DNA of 64,000 nucleotides, taken from IMG/VR virus record IMGVR_UViG_2751185671_000004, positions 64,001 through 128,000 of that record; one strand, given 5' to 3'. Below the pieces are notes generated by a model. The model searched no databases. It was not told the origin of the DNA and saw only the letters and a list, made by a program, of their open reading frames with translations. The position numbers were made by a program, and so were the translations under genes. This stretch comes from a virus. Lineage: Duplodnaviria > Caudoviricetes. This document shows, piece after piece, positions 20,121 through 30,437 of the stretch. Each line of letters opens with the position of its first letter. Position 1 is the first letter of the stretch.

Positions 20121-20564
20121 TTACCAGGAGTTACCGCGACTTACCGGTACTTCTAAATTATCACTAATAGTCCTAAGCGCTTCATTCCAATACCGCTGTG
20201 CCGTTGTTTTCGGATAGCCCACCTCTCGTGCAATGGATCGCCACGACATACGCTGCGCCCTAAGCCAAATTAATTTACGCCGCTCTGGCTTATCGACTAA
20301 CGTAATCCAAGACAAGGTTTCTTCAGCGCGATCAATGGCATCGGGGAGTGGTTGTAATATCGTGTGTGTTTTAGTTTTTTCCATCCGAGCAATTTCACGT
20401 GGGGTGTATTTAATTTCAGGCCAATAATTTCTATGGCCTAATGATATATTTCCTGGTAACTTGCTTAACACGCTAACACACTCCTCAAAACGCTGTGCTA
20501 CGGTTTTATTATCCCAGCTACGCCGATGCATTAGTGTCTCCCTGTTTGTTGATCCTGCGCCCAC
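20121..20564 (-). CDS. DUF6362-like / sigma region 4-like HTH protein (possible late activator)
   Basis: RRKLIWLRAQRMSWRSIAREVG; end of replication operon. Confidence 0.7.
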   Translation of the reverse strand: MGAGSTNRETLMHRRSWDNKTVAQRFEECVSVLSKLPGNISLGHRNYWPEIKYTPREIARMEKTKTHTILQPLPDAIDRAEETLSWITLVDKPERRKLIWLRAQRMSWRSIAREVGYPKTTAQRYWNEALRTISDNLEVPVSRGNSW

Positions 20565-21016
20565 ATGAGCAGTCCTAGCGCATCTGCCTCGTTATCGTCA
20601 GCAGGTTCATAGCCTAAATTTTTAATATGTTTAATCATTTCGCTTTTGCTCGCATTACCTTTGCCTGTGATATGTTTTTTAATTGTCCCAACAGGCACAC
20701 CTTGGTAAGGAATATTTTCCTGCTCACCAAACGCGGTAAGTGTTGCTAAGAATCCGCCATACACATGCGCTGCGTCTGTCCCTATGTGCCGCCTCACCTC
20801 CTCGAAATAAATCACGTCTATGCCATCGATGGATGTATGTAAATCTCGTAGCCAAGCATTAAATTTTAAAAATCGCATCCCACCCCCGTCGTAACGACTA
20901 TGCTTGAAATTAGCCGTGCCGCTGATAATACATTCCTTCGACTGTGCCGCCCATCCAGTCGTTGTGCCGAGATCCAGTGATAATACGTTTAAATTATCCA
21001 TTATTTTTTTCTCCAT
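20531..21016 (-). CDS. RuvC-like Holliday junction resolvase
   Basis: LSLDLGTTTGWA, FEEV, DDNEADA. Confidence 0.9.
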   Translation of the reverse strand: MEKKIMDNLNVLSLDLGTTTGWAAQSKECIISGTANFKHSRYDGGGMRFLKFNAWLRDLHTSIDGIDVIYFEEVRRHIGTDAAHVYGGFLATLTAFGEQENIPYQGVPVGTIKKHITGKGNASKSEMIKHIKNLGYEPADDNEADALGLLMWAQDQQTGRH

Positions 21017-21282
21017 GATGATTTATATCGACTAGGATTAACTCGTTTTCCTGGTGCGGTATGTTTTTTACATCGACGGTTAAATGATTTAATTTTTAAT
21101 GGTGTGGTTGTTTCAAAGGGTGTTTTGCATTTCGCACAAGGTGTTTCCCACACTAGCAAAAAAGTTTTTTCTCCATTACGCACTTTTCTGTAAGGTTTTA
21201 TATGTTTCAGTCGATAAGATTGGTTATCGTAAATCAACAATGTCCCTAGATTAGGGGTTGTTTTAAACTCATGTATCGTCAT
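21001..21282 (-). CDS. Hypothetical protein with CxxC
   Basis: In operon orientation; WETPCAKC...RCKKH. Confidence 0.55.
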   Translation of the reverse strand: MTIHEFKTTPNLGTLLIYDNQSYRLKHIKPYRKVRNGEKTFLLVWETPCAKCKTPFETTTPLKIKSFNRRCKKHTAPGKRVNPSRYKSSWRKK

Positions 21283-21574
21283 CAGATCTCCATCATGAAA
21301 AGAATACCCCTATTTCAAGTAAGTTAGTAATACAAGTGTAACGTAGTATTACTAACTATACTTTAAGTATAGGGGGCTGTGTAGTTATCTAAAAAAAGTA
21401 GCTAAAGTCACGTAGCACTAAGGCTAACGACCAGTTTGTAAGGTAAATTTTTCTGTTAGAATGAAAGGCACTATATTTTATTTACAAGCCACTGATTTTA
21501 TTAAAAAAATATGTAAGCAATAGAATACAGAGCGTAAATGTAATCTTCAAAATGCAACACATTTTTGTGTATCT

Positions 21575-23761
21575 TTATTCATCATTTTCTGTATCGCTAT
21601 ATACCCATACATCAGGATTTTCGACGGGTAAGACTGACCCTGATTGGGCGCATTTATAGTGTGTTGGTTTGACTCTTTTATAAATAGTTTTTGTGTCTCC
21701 GGTATCATCATCAATAATATTTTTACTGGGTAGTCTCATATCCTCCACACACGCATAGCCGAACTTACTACGCGCCGCTTTAGGTAAATCATAATCATCT
21801 GTATTTTTAAAGAATTTAATCCAACCTTTAGTTGCATTAACATTTATGCGTTCAACAATAGTTCTATTGCCCCCTAAACCCTCAGTGCCTTCGAATTTTT
21901 CGGCAAATTGAGCAATGGTATACACTCGACCTTCTAGTGATTCGTCATAAATAAGCTGTATAATTTGATCTCGTTTTCTTATACGTTCAGCATCAAGTTT
22001 CTCTCCATGTTTTTGATTAACTAGACGTTCACTTTCAGGATCTACCTCTACCCATTGCCCATTTTTCTTATCGATGTATTTGTCTTTAATCCCTATACCA
22101 TTACGTAATTCAAAGGTAAGTTTTCGTATCGCTTTATTTTCCTCTGGTTTATATAACAATGCTCCTGTGGTGTAGTAACTACGTAAACTGCTCGCGCCAG
22201 AAAAAGATAAGAAGGGGTCTTCGATTAATTGCCGCTTCTGTATTTTTTTTGTGTGATGCACAATAACAATGCCAGCATTAGGATTAATTTCATCACGTAA
22301 TCTTTCGACACGCTCCTTTAAAAAATACATCATAGTGTTGTTATCATTTTCACCTGCGCCCTCTTCACCCCCATCAAAAACATTACGTAAGGGATCGATC
22401 ACAATAACGTCGATAGGTTCCTTCTCAGAGGCTTTTCGCATCAGATTTTTTACGGTACTGTAGCCCTCGTTATTTAAAATAAGGTTTAACCGAGGGGTAA
22501 TAAATAAATTATCGGACGCACGCCAGAGCATGAGTTCCTTCATATTCATACTTCTAATACGGTCACGCAAATAGTAATACTGCACTTCAGCTTGCAAATA
22601 AAATATACGTAATCGTTTTGTTGGCTTCAGTCCTATAAAAGGCTCACCTGCAGCCATATGCATGAGCAATGATAAAATAAAGTCCGATTTACCCACCTTA
22701 GGGGCACCCCCTAACACCATCATACCACCGGGGGTGAGTACGCGAGGCTCAATTAAATCATCTGGCGTAGGCGTTTCATCCGCAAGTATTTCACTTACCG
22801 TATATGCACGTGTAGGTGCAGGCACATCAATCGTTATCTTAGGTGTGTTTTTAATAAACTCGTTAACGTCGACACCGTCATCAATAGCGTCTGCCACATC
22901 CCACTTTTCCGGTTTATCTTTAGGGATGTCCAAAATACTCACTGAAAGCGCCCCTACAGCGGCGATAGCCCGTGCCGCATTGTTAGCATAGGTGCGTCCT
23001 GGTTCGTCGTTATCAGGCCATATCATCACGTGTTTGCCTTGAAGCGGCGACCAATCTGTTTTATCTACCAGTGTATTAGCACCTCCCATGGCTGTTGTTG
23101 CAATATTACCGGTAGCGGATAAGGCATCCGCGCACTTTTCACCTTCAACAAAAATAACGTAGTCGTTAATTGCGATCGCGGGCTGTTGATACAGTGGTCT
23201 TGGGTTTGGTGCCTGTTGTTTCCGGGCTTTTACATCCCAAGGTCTAAACTCCTTCCCGCCAGGAGGATCATAGCGGTACACACAAGCAATTAAATTACCC
23301 TCACTATCATGGTAATTCCATTTCGCTGTTACTGGACCTAAGTCATCCATTGGGGGTGCTTTTTTTCTTTTCGGTGTTGATGAAGAGGACGTCGGTGCTG
23401 TCCCCAACCACTGTGACATGGATTCAATGACACGTGAAAAATCCCGACGAATATCAAAGCCTTTATGATGCGCCCATAAATCAAAAATATCACCACTCTC
23501 ACCCGTCGCAAAATCATGCCATACGCCTGCTTTACTTCCGTGCAGCTCGATCACAAGACTTTTACCTTTATTACCGTCAATATCTCCCACAATAAATTGT
23601 TTTTGTTTCTCTTTGCCTTCAGGGAATAAATAGTTCAACACATGAGGCAATTGATCCAGTAAACGTGACTTGACCTCATGAGTTGAGAGTTGTGCCTCTT
23701 GCTCATCCGGATCGATTTGGTCATTCGCCGAACTAAAATCTAAAAAGTTATTAATGGTCAT
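21575..23761 (-). CDS. Primase-helicase (TOPRIM + AAA_25/RepA-type)
   Basis: VEGEKCADAL, WPDND, GAPKVGKS, VIVIDP. Confidence 0.92.
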   Translation of the reverse strand: MTINNFLDFSSANDQIDPDEQEAQLSTHEVKSRLLDQLPHVLNYLFPEGKEKQKQFIVGDIDGNKGKSLVIELHGSKAGVWHDFATGESGDIFDLWAHHKGFDIRRDFSRVIESMSQWLGTAPTSSSSTPKRKKAPPMDDLGPVTAKWNYHDSEGNLIACVYRYDPPGGKEFRPWDVKARKQQAPNPRPLYQQPAIAINDYVIFVEGEKCADALSATGNIATTAMGGANTLVDKTDWSPLQGKHVMIWPDNDEPGRTYANNAARAIAAVGALSVSILDIPKDKPEKWDVADAIDDGVDVNEFIKNTPKITIDVPAPTRAYTVSEILADETPTPDDLIEPRVLTPGGMMVLGGAPKVGKSDFILSLLMHMAAGEPFIGLKPTKRLRIFYLQAEVQYYYLRDRIRSMNMKELMLWRASDNLFITPRLNLILNNEGYSTVKNLMRKASEKEPIDVIVIDPLRNVFDGGEEGAGENDNNTMMYFLKERVERLRDEINPNAGIVIVHHTKKIQKRQLIEDPFLSFSGASSLRSYYTTGALLYKPEENKAIRKLTFELRNGIGIKDKYIDKKNGQWVEVDPESERLVNQKHGEKLDAERIRKRDQIIQLIYDESLEGRVYTIAQFAEKFEGTEGLGGNRTIVERINVNATKGWIKFFKNTDDYDLPKAARSKFGYACVEDMRLPSKNIIDDDTGDTKTIYKRVKPTHYKCAQSGSVLPVENPDVWVYSDTENDE

Positions 23762-23789
23762 AATAAAATGTGTGCTCCTTAAATCGTAT

Positions 23790-24134
23790 TTAGAATGGGA
23801 TATCGTCAGAATATAAATTCTGTAATCGTGTTGTGTAGGTGTGAATAATCGTGTGTATCAGTCCGTGTATTTCCTCTTTGGTATAGTCGAATAACGCTTT
23901 CTCAGAGCCGACGTTACAGACATAGGTAGCGAGTGGATTAATAACGGCTTCTCTTGCTATTTTTTCAAATTCGTTTTTTTCACTTTCTGTCACGATGATG
24001 CCTTGTGTAAAGTAGTGGTAATGAATATCTTGGCAACGCTTTGAGCAAAAACGCTGCCTCTTTAATGCTTTATTTGGATCTCGCCAGCCAAATCCACGTG
24101 ATCGGGCGCAGCAAATAGCACAGCAATAGGACAA
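23790..24134 (-). CDS. Phage zinc-binding hypothetical protein (DUF6511-like)
   Basis: CAIC...FCSKRCQ, C-terminal DDIPF. Confidence 0.65.
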   Translation of the reverse strand: MSYCCAICCARSRGFGWRDPNKALKRQRFCSKRCQDIHYHYFTQGIIVTESEKNEFEKIAREAVINPLATYVCNVGSEKALFDYTKEEIHGLIHTIIHTYTTRLQNLYSDDIPF

Positions 24135-26618
24135 CTACGCCACCTGCTCTTTTTGCTTAGCGGCAGTAAAAATAATGCGTTGAATATCGTTTTTATTAAA
24201 ATTAAACGCAATTAAACAACTAGCGTGATAACGCGTTAAACTAAAGTTATAGGTGTATGTTGTTGGTAAATACTTAAGCTGTTGTGGTGTCGCGGTTTCA
24301 TTGAGCCATTGACGCGATTTTTCGGCACCCCCTTCGGTTTCGTTAAGATTGAGCCAGTCATCACACGCAGCGATACATAACGTTCTCTCGCCAACGGACA
24401 GCAGTCGTGTGTGTTGTTGTCGAGCACCCGCTACCGCATACCAATGGCCATATAAATAAAAGGCGCCTGCCCACGCAGCAAACCCTGTGGCCATCATGGC
24501 TGTACTATCGTGGTAAAGATCCACCCATTTAAAACTAGAGCGTGAAAGTAAGTCGACCTCTGTCATGACAAAGTCACTGAGTTCAGCACGGCTATCATTA
24601 GCGGCGGCAGTATTGTCAACAGGAACACTGAAGGAATAACCACATAAGGGACACAGTCGACACCCTGCGGGTATAGCAGCATCACATTCAGGACACGACT
24701 TTTGAGGGGCATCCTCACCCACCCCCTCTCCTTCTAGATTAACGTCTTGTTCAAGCTTGCCGTGAATAAGCGAGCTAGTTCCAAAGTCCAAGATAATACA
24801 ATCTGTTTTGATAATGTTAGGATGCTCATTCGGATCGACCGTGCGGAGTCCTCGCCCCACCATTTGAATCATGGTGCCTTGATAACTGTTCGGACGTAAT
24901 AGCACCACACAACTGGTGGGGGTGTAGTCATAGCCTTCGGTTAAGACATCCACATTAACAACCACTTGAGATTCCCCTGACTCGTAGCGTTCGAGCCTTT
25001 CTTTGCGTTCTTCTTTGGTTAAGCCTCCATAAATAACTTCTGTATTAATCCCGCCTTTTTGAAACGTTGACGCCACATTCTTAGCATGACTGACCGTGGA
25101 ACAAAAAATAATTGTGGGCCGGTCTGACGCTTTTTCTTTCCAATGCTTTAGAACAGACTCATTAATTAATGTTTTATTCATGATGGCGTTAACGGCATTC
25201 ATATCGAAGTCATTGGCCGTTTTTTTCACTTGCGATAACTCACCTTGCGTACCCACATCAATCACATAGGTCACAGGTTTAACAAGATGGCCTGCTTGAA
25301 TTAATTCACCTAGCGTGATTTGATCGGCAACATTGGAAAAGGTATCCACCAACCCTTTTTTATCACCACGATTGGGGGTGGCGGTGACACCATATAAAGC
25401 AAGATCGGGATTCTTCGCTCGCGCCGCATCAATGATTTTTTGATAGCTGTCTGCTGCCGCATGATGAGCCTCATCGATGACCAATAAATCTAACGCGGGT
25501 ATTTGCAGTAAATTATTTTCTCGTGAGAGTGTTTGCACCATCGCGAAAGTGGTATCACCTTGCCAGGATTTTTCGTTCGCATCAAATACAGAGGTTGTGA
25601 GCGTCGGATTAACACGTAAAAATTTAGCCTTGTTTTGTTGTGTTAATTCGTCGCGGTGCGCCAACACACAGGCTTTAGCCCCTTGATTTTTTCTAGCCCA
25701 TTGTCCTACCAGTCCCGATAACATAATTGTCTTACCGCTATTGTGTGTGACAGTGAAATCTCCCATCACATACAAGTGATCCTGGTCGACCGAAAAACCA
25801 TAGTAGTCGCCTAACCCCACTTCATGCACGGTAAAGCCTGTATGTAAGACATTCTCCTCGTGAGCACTGTCGGCTATCGTCAAGCTATAGTAGGGTATTC
25901 CATTGACCGTTTTAGATGTAGACGATGGATATAGCCCTAAGCTACGGGAAATAAAAGTCACGTCATCCGCAAGCTGTTTTGATGGGGTAGAAAACGCACG
26001 GCAGCTTTTAACAGGGTTGCTATCAGAATCAATTAACCCTTCTAGGATAGCCCCACGTGTTTCTCGTGATCCTACTTTATAATGATGAGGAATCGGCGGC
26101 GGACAATGCATTAAGTGTTTGTCACCTAACAATAACCCGAATAAATACGGATCGACAGAAGGTGCTTCTTGTTGAGGAAAATCAATTGCTGTTCGGTAAA
26201 GTTTGTGTATGCGTTTAAAGGTAGCACTTTGTTCCAGATAAGCGCTCACACTAATATTCACAATGCTGTCGGTGACATTATCCGCTCGTTTATTATCGGG
26301 GATAACGTTCCCAGTTTTGACTAACGAAAGAATATGATCCTTATTGACAGTAAACGGCTCGCCTTTTAATGGACGTATCTCATACATCCTATTGGTTCCC
26401 TGATATAAACGTTGGACATGCCGAGGGCGACTATCTGGCCCCATAAGGGTATCGCCCACCTGAATGTCTTCGACAGGTTTTAGTGTGCCGTCATACATTA
26501 ATAACAATGTGCCGGGTGCATGACATCCTGTAGGTGCCACACCTAGTGTATTTTTGTGTTTCTCGAGCGCAGCGAGGCTCCGCTCGACAAACGTGGTTTG
26601 TCGAGGTCTTAGTAACAT
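24135..26618 (-). CDS. SF2 DEAH helicase interrupted by an intein
   Basis: APTG|...|SGKT, DEAHH, TATP, QMVGRGLR, C-terminal zinc ribbon. Confidence 0.93.
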   Translation of the reverse strand: MLLRPRQTTFVERSLAALEKHKNTLGVAPTGCHAPGTLLLMYDGTLKPVEDIQVGDTLMGPDSRPRHVQRLYQGTNRMYEIRPLKGEPFTVNKDHILSLVKTGNVIPDNKRADNVTDSIVNISVSAYLEQSATFKRIHKLYRTAIDFPQQEAPSVDPYLFGLLLGDKHLMHCPPPIPHHYKVGSRETRGAILEGLIDSDSNPVKSCRAFSTPSKQLADDVTFISRSLGLYPSSTSKTVNGIPYYSLTIADSAHEENVLHTGFTVHEVGLGDYYGFSVDQDHLYVMGDFTVTHNSGKTIMLSGLVGQWARKNQGAKACVLAHRDELTQQNKAKFLRVNPTLTTSVFDANEKSWQGDTTFAMVQTLSRENNLLQIPALDLLVIDEAHHAAADSYQKIIDAARAKNPDLALYGVTATPNRGDKKGLVDTFSNVADQITLGELIQAGHLVKPVTYVIDVGTQGELSQVKKTANDFDMNAVNAIMNKTLINESVLKHWKEKASDRPTIIFCSTVSHAKNVASTFQKGGINTEVIYGGLTKEERKERLERYESGESQVVVNVDVLTEGYDYTPTSCVVLLRPNSYQGTMIQMVGRGLRTVDPNEHPNIIKTDCIILDFGTSSLIHGKLEQDVNLEGEGVGEDAPQKSCPECDAAIPAGCRLCPLCGYSFSVPVDNTAAANDSRAELSDFVMTEVDLLSRSSFKWVDLYHDSTAMMATGFAAWAGAFYLYGHWYAVAGARQQHTRLLSVGERTLCIAACDDWLNLNETEGGAEKSRQWLNETATPQQLKYLPTTYTYNFSLTRYHASCLIAFNFNKNDIQRIIFTAAKQKEQVA
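25740..26525 (-). mobile_element. Intein (262 aa) with degenerate LAGLIDADG endonuclease remnants
   Basis: Starts CHAPGT, block B TVNKDHIL, ends VTHN before Ser; YLFGLLLGD and LEGLIDSDS. Confidence 0.92.
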
Positions 26619-26645
26619 GATTAAAATCCGTCGTGTGTTAGGTGA

Positions 26646-27368
26646 TTAACCTGCCCAAGGAGGACGGCCTGTGGATGTTGTCGTCTTTTGCTGACTCATC
26701 ACTTGTGGCGGTACAGTAGTATGGTGTTGTGGTAGAGCGTTCGTGTACGATGACACGTGTTGTTGCTCCTGTAGTGTTTGCTGCTGACCATAACCTACGT
26801 GAGATGTATTCACCGGCATAGTATTGTGCTGAGGCATAGAGAAAGTAACTGGCACATTCCCCATGATTGAAGCATAGTGTTTATTCTCTGGCGTCACCGC
26901 AACATGAATAATATTGCGCGGCTCATTATTTTCATCTCCCTTATCAATACCAATTTTTGCCACAAACTCAAGGCCATCTAAGTCCGCAAGACCCGTAATG
27001 GAAAGTGCTTGCATCGCATGATTTGAGAAATCGTCTTTCTTTATTCCACGGGCAGAGCATAAGATCGCTTTCACAAAGGCGCGTCCCATCTGCGACCATT
27101 TTTCGCCTTTCCGACTATGCAACCCCACGAGTGACCATATTTTTCGGCGAGCGTATTCCCCTTCTAAAATAATAAATTCACAATTTAAATATACGGCTCC
27201 CGTATCTTCACTCTGTGTGGCATAGTCGCCCGTCCAGCCCATATCAGGATTATTATACCCCCCCGGTTTTATTGTCATTCTCACTTTCGCTAAGGTGCCT
27301 TTAGGAATAATGTCAAAATCCACTTGATCATCGGCATCATTAAAATTTGTCCAGTTGTTATTCATCAA
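26646..27368 (-). CDS. Phage ssDNA-binding-like protein (DUF669-like)
   Basis: YLNCEFIILEGEYARRKIW; low-complexity tail ending PPWAG. Confidence 0.7.
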   Translation of the reverse strand: MMNNNWTNFNDADDQVDFDIIPKGTLAKVRMTIKPGGYNNPDMGWTGDYATQSEDTGAVYLNCEFIILEGEYARRKIWSLVGLHSRKGEKWSQMGRAFVKAILCSARGIKKDDFSNHAMQALSITGLADLDGLEFVAKIGIDKGDENNEPRNIIHVAVTPENKHYASIMGNVPVTFSMPQHNTMPVNTSHVGYGQQQTLQEQQHVSSYTNALPQHHTTVPPQVMSQQKTTTSTGRPPWAG

Positions 27369-27389
27369 ATAATCTATTCCTTCAATAAA

Positions 27390-28283
27390 TTAGTGTGTGG
27401 TGTTGCGTGTATTTTTAGGTTGTAACGGTGGTTGAGTGTCTAGATGTGCAGGCGCTTTAAGACCGTAGTCAAGATGGTGAACCATCATGTCTGCAGGCCG
27501 TTTTATTTTTTCCATAAGACGACCTAAATGCGGCTCTTCAATGACATCTAATTTGCGACTTCTATCCTTCGCCGGATAACCAAAAGGGTTTAAGGTATGA
27601 TTGATAAAAGCACGATAGGGGGTGCCGTCTTCAGAAGGCAGGTCTGCCATAGTAATGACCTGATCGACAATCCCAGGCAATTCTAATCCGGTTTTAGACC
27701 CTTCGATTTGTGGCTCAAAAACGCGACGATTAAATTCATCCACCTTTTCATCGAGTATTCCCACGAACCAGACACTTTTATTACGTGTATGCTGTAAGTG
27801 CGTTAACCATGCAATCATCTCCTGGCCGTGTAATCCGTAAGCACCACGAGTATCGGGTTTACCAGTGCGCTCACTAAAGGCTTGCGGTTGACCTTTACAC
27901 CATTGAAAACATAAACGACCGGCAACAGTAATCGAGTCAATAAAAATAATATCGTAGGTATTTAATTGTTCCGGATGACCATACTTTTTACAGACCGCAT
28001 TAAAGTGCGCTTCACTATAGGATTGTTCGTCACGCAGCGCGTAATTAGGCCCACCAATAAACACAGCAAAGTCTCGACACTCTTGCCATGTCTTGGGCCT
28101 AAAGGCATCACCATTCCAATCCTCCACGGCAAGATCACCGGCTTCGATATCAAAAAATAATGTGGACGATGTCGGGAGCGTTAACAGTAAAGAAGTTTTA
28201 CCGATACCACTTTTACCAAAAATACAGCCTTTAACACCCCGGTGCTGTGATCGTCGTTGCTCTGCTGTAATAAGAGGAAACAT
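27390..28283 (-). CDS. AAA_24 / Sak4-like ATPase
   Basis: GKSGIGKT, IFIDSIT, AKDRS. Confidence 0.88.
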   Translation of the reverse strand: MFPLITAEQRRSQHRGVKGCIFGKSGIGKTSLLLTLPTSSTLFFDIEAGDLAVEDWNGDAFRPKTWQECRDFAVFIGGPNYALRDEQSYSEAHFNAVCKKYGHPEQLNTYDIIFIDSITVAGRLCFQWCKGQPQAFSERTGKPDTRGAYGLHGQEMIAWLTHLQHTRNKSVWFVGILDEKVDEFNRRVFEPQIEGSKTGLELPGIVDQVITMADLPSEDGTPYRAFINHTLNPFGYPAKDRSRKLDVIEEPHLGRLMEKIKRPADMMVHHLDYGLKAPAHLDTQPPLQPKNTRNTTH

Positions 28284-28495
28284 TAAGCATGCACCTCCTG
28301 AGCTTTTTCACCGGTGCTTTTACGCAAAGACTGTGCTTCATACGCGATAATATCTTCCTCGCGATATACCACACGGTTATGTAATTTTAAAAAGGCAGGG
28401 CCAATCCCTTTTGATCGCCAATTCGCGATCGTGCTTTCACTTAAATTCCAACGAAGGGCAAGTTGTTCTTGATTAAGATGTGAGGCTAACGTCAT
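28283..28495 (-). CDS. AlpA/Xis-like HTH DNA-binding protein
   Basis: LNQEQLALRWNLSESTIANWRSKGIGPAF. Confidence 0.88.
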   Translation of the reverse strand: MTLASHLNQEQLALRWNLSESTIANWRSKGIGPAFLKLHNRVVYREEDIIAYEAQSLRKSTGEKAQEVHA

Positions 28496-28535
28496 AAAAT
28501 CTCCTACAGTATTCAGGAGGTATTATGAAGAAGCG

Positions 28536-28590
28536 TTTGTACTGGCGTCTAGTGGGCTTTGTACTGCAATTTGTACTGTAATTTGTACTG
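28536..28590. promoter_or_regulatory. Four TTTGTACTG direct repeats upstream of replication operon
   Basis: Copies at 28536, 28558, 28570, 28582. Confidence 0.7.
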
Positions 28591-28724
28591 CGGCGATTTT
28601 TTTTGAAAAAAGTCGTATAAATATATTGTATACGACTATTAATTGCACAAAATTAAATGGTGATAATATTACTTAACATTAGCTCCGGGTGAAAATTATC
28701 GTAGTCATAAGAGCCAGTTTTTAT

Positions 28725-29870
28725 TTAAATATTAAAACAATAATATCCTCTTTTAGGACTCACGATATAGTCTTCCCATTCCAACGAGTTACTAAATAAT
28801 GATTGCATGCGTGTTGCGCCACCTCTTTGTCCAGGTATTTTAGTTGCAGCTAGAATTTCTTTAGCCGGTAACTCCCAACGTCCTTTTTTGGCTTGCTCAT
28901 ACATATAACGAATCGCCAAAGGACGACGTTCGCCACCAATATACCAATCTGGCTTCCCTTTTATTTTTAAGATACGTCTCGCTGCATCATAGTGCACGGG
29001 GAGATAAGAGGCGTCTGATGTAACATAATCAAGTTTAAGGGTAGGTTGCGCGTGATTAACCTGACGTAGTGCCTGACTATCCACCGACACCTGGTGAGAG
29101 TTACCTGTCAACAATTGATAACGATAGGGCTTAGGGTATTGTATTTTTCCTACGTCGCTGATATTGAGAAGATAACGGGCAAAAAATACCGTATTCATTT
29201 TACGTGTATATAGCGTACTGGCCGTCACATCCGTTATCCCTGTTCTAGGATCGTAGACGATACTGACGGCTTGCGACCATGATTTAGAAAGTAATGCCGT
29301 GCGCCTATCAATGGGATAGTCATTGGCTTTGGGTAAGCGATTAAGGTACACAAGAATTTTAAAATTATAAGAATACTCTGAGAGTAAGCGCTTGACGACT
29401 TTTATATCAATATCCTCTTCAGCGTATCTCAGCATGCCCGCTAAACTGCGTTTATAGTGTACGAGCGGATTCTGACCTTCGTTGAGAGTCAACAGTGGCG
29501 GCAACTGAAATACCGTGGTATTCGGGTCAGAAAGGTGATCCTCTGCTAATAATACAGCGACGACTTCATGAAATAGCTGTTGATGGTGGACATAAAGCCA
29601 AAGACTTTGCTCATGTTCGTTGTGGATAGAATAAAATGTCTGCCGTTCTCCGTAAGACATCGCAGAATTTACTGAGGAAAGATCAAAGCGTTTAATGTTT
29701 TGAGCCACTAAAAAAATCGAGTCAGCCCACATATTCGCGGGATTCACACCGCCTTGAGTATCATGAGAAGCGGCTATTTTAGAATGGATAAGTGAATGAT
29801 AAGTATCGGTGTTAACAGCATGTAACAAACGCGTACACGGATCAAGAGACATAGGCATACTATCGTCCAT
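28725..29870 (-). CDS. Hypothetical protein, possible regulator with C-terminal winged helix
   Basis: 381-aa ORF upstream of AlpA-like gene; C-terminal AIRYMYEQAKKG...RGYYCF. Confidence 0.55.
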   Translation of the reverse strand: MDDSMPMSLDPCTRLLHAVNTDTYHSLIHSKIAASHDTQGGVNPANMWADSIFLVAQNIKRFDLSSVNSAMSYGERQTFYSIHNEHEQSLWLYVHHQQLFHEVVAVLLAEDHLSDPNTTVFQLPPLLTLNEGQNPLVHYKRSLAGMLRYAEEDIDIKVVKRLLSEYSYNFKILVYLNRLPKANDYPIDRRTALLSKSWSQAVSIVYDPRTGITDVTASTLYTRKMNTVFFARYLLNISDVGKIQYPKPYRYQLLTGNSHQVSVDSQALRQVNHAQPTLKLDYVTSDASYLPVHYDAARRILKIKGKPDWYIGGERRPLAIRYMYEQAKKGRWELPAKEILAATKIPGQRGGATRMQSLFSNSLEWEDYIVSPKRGYYCFNI

Positions 29871-30375
29871 GGTAAAAAAACGAATCTAATAAAGCGTAAA
29901 AATTTAAAAACCAACTACTGAAAAGCTACCACGACGTGATATCAGCATGATGCAAACAAAAAATAAATAATAAGAATCAAAACCAAATCGCTTTTATTTC
30001 ACTTGTTAAGTGTATTTCTTATTAAAAATAGAAAAATAAAAGCTTTAAAAAACCTCCTTAAAATTACTTTCTCTTACCAGCAGTTATATATTCTTATAAT
30101 GCAATACAGAGAGTTACTAATTGTCTTATCGCATCCCCCCTCATTTATTTCCTACAATAAGAACATCGGTTAATAACAAAGGTTCCTCACGCGTGACAAA
30201 CAACAAGCGATTACCTCACGACATGACTGCCGAAGAGCGGATAAAAGAAATTGCTGAAATACTATCAAATGGATTAATACGTAAACGATTTCAAGCATTA
30301 TATCAAAAAGGCAAGCGGATTCATGCAGAAAAGAAAGCTTTAAGCGCCAAAATATAGCGAAGACTAACTAACTGC

Positions 30376-30405
30376 TTGCTTCGTCTGCCTACCTGAGCGT
30401 ACATG
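30376..30405 (+). promoter_or_regulatory. Variant of the array motif (TTGCTT-N17-GTACATG) upstream of DUF2924-recombinase operon
   Basis: Same spacing and GAGCGT core as the 13-17 kb motifs. Confidence 0.6.
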
Positions 30406-30437
30406 GAAAACCTATTATCAACGCCCAAAGGACAGCC

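Noticed and set aside
30121-30357. 78-aa ORF before DUF2924
   Set aside because: May be a real short gene from an internal start (MTAEERIKEIAEIL), but start and function cannot be supported
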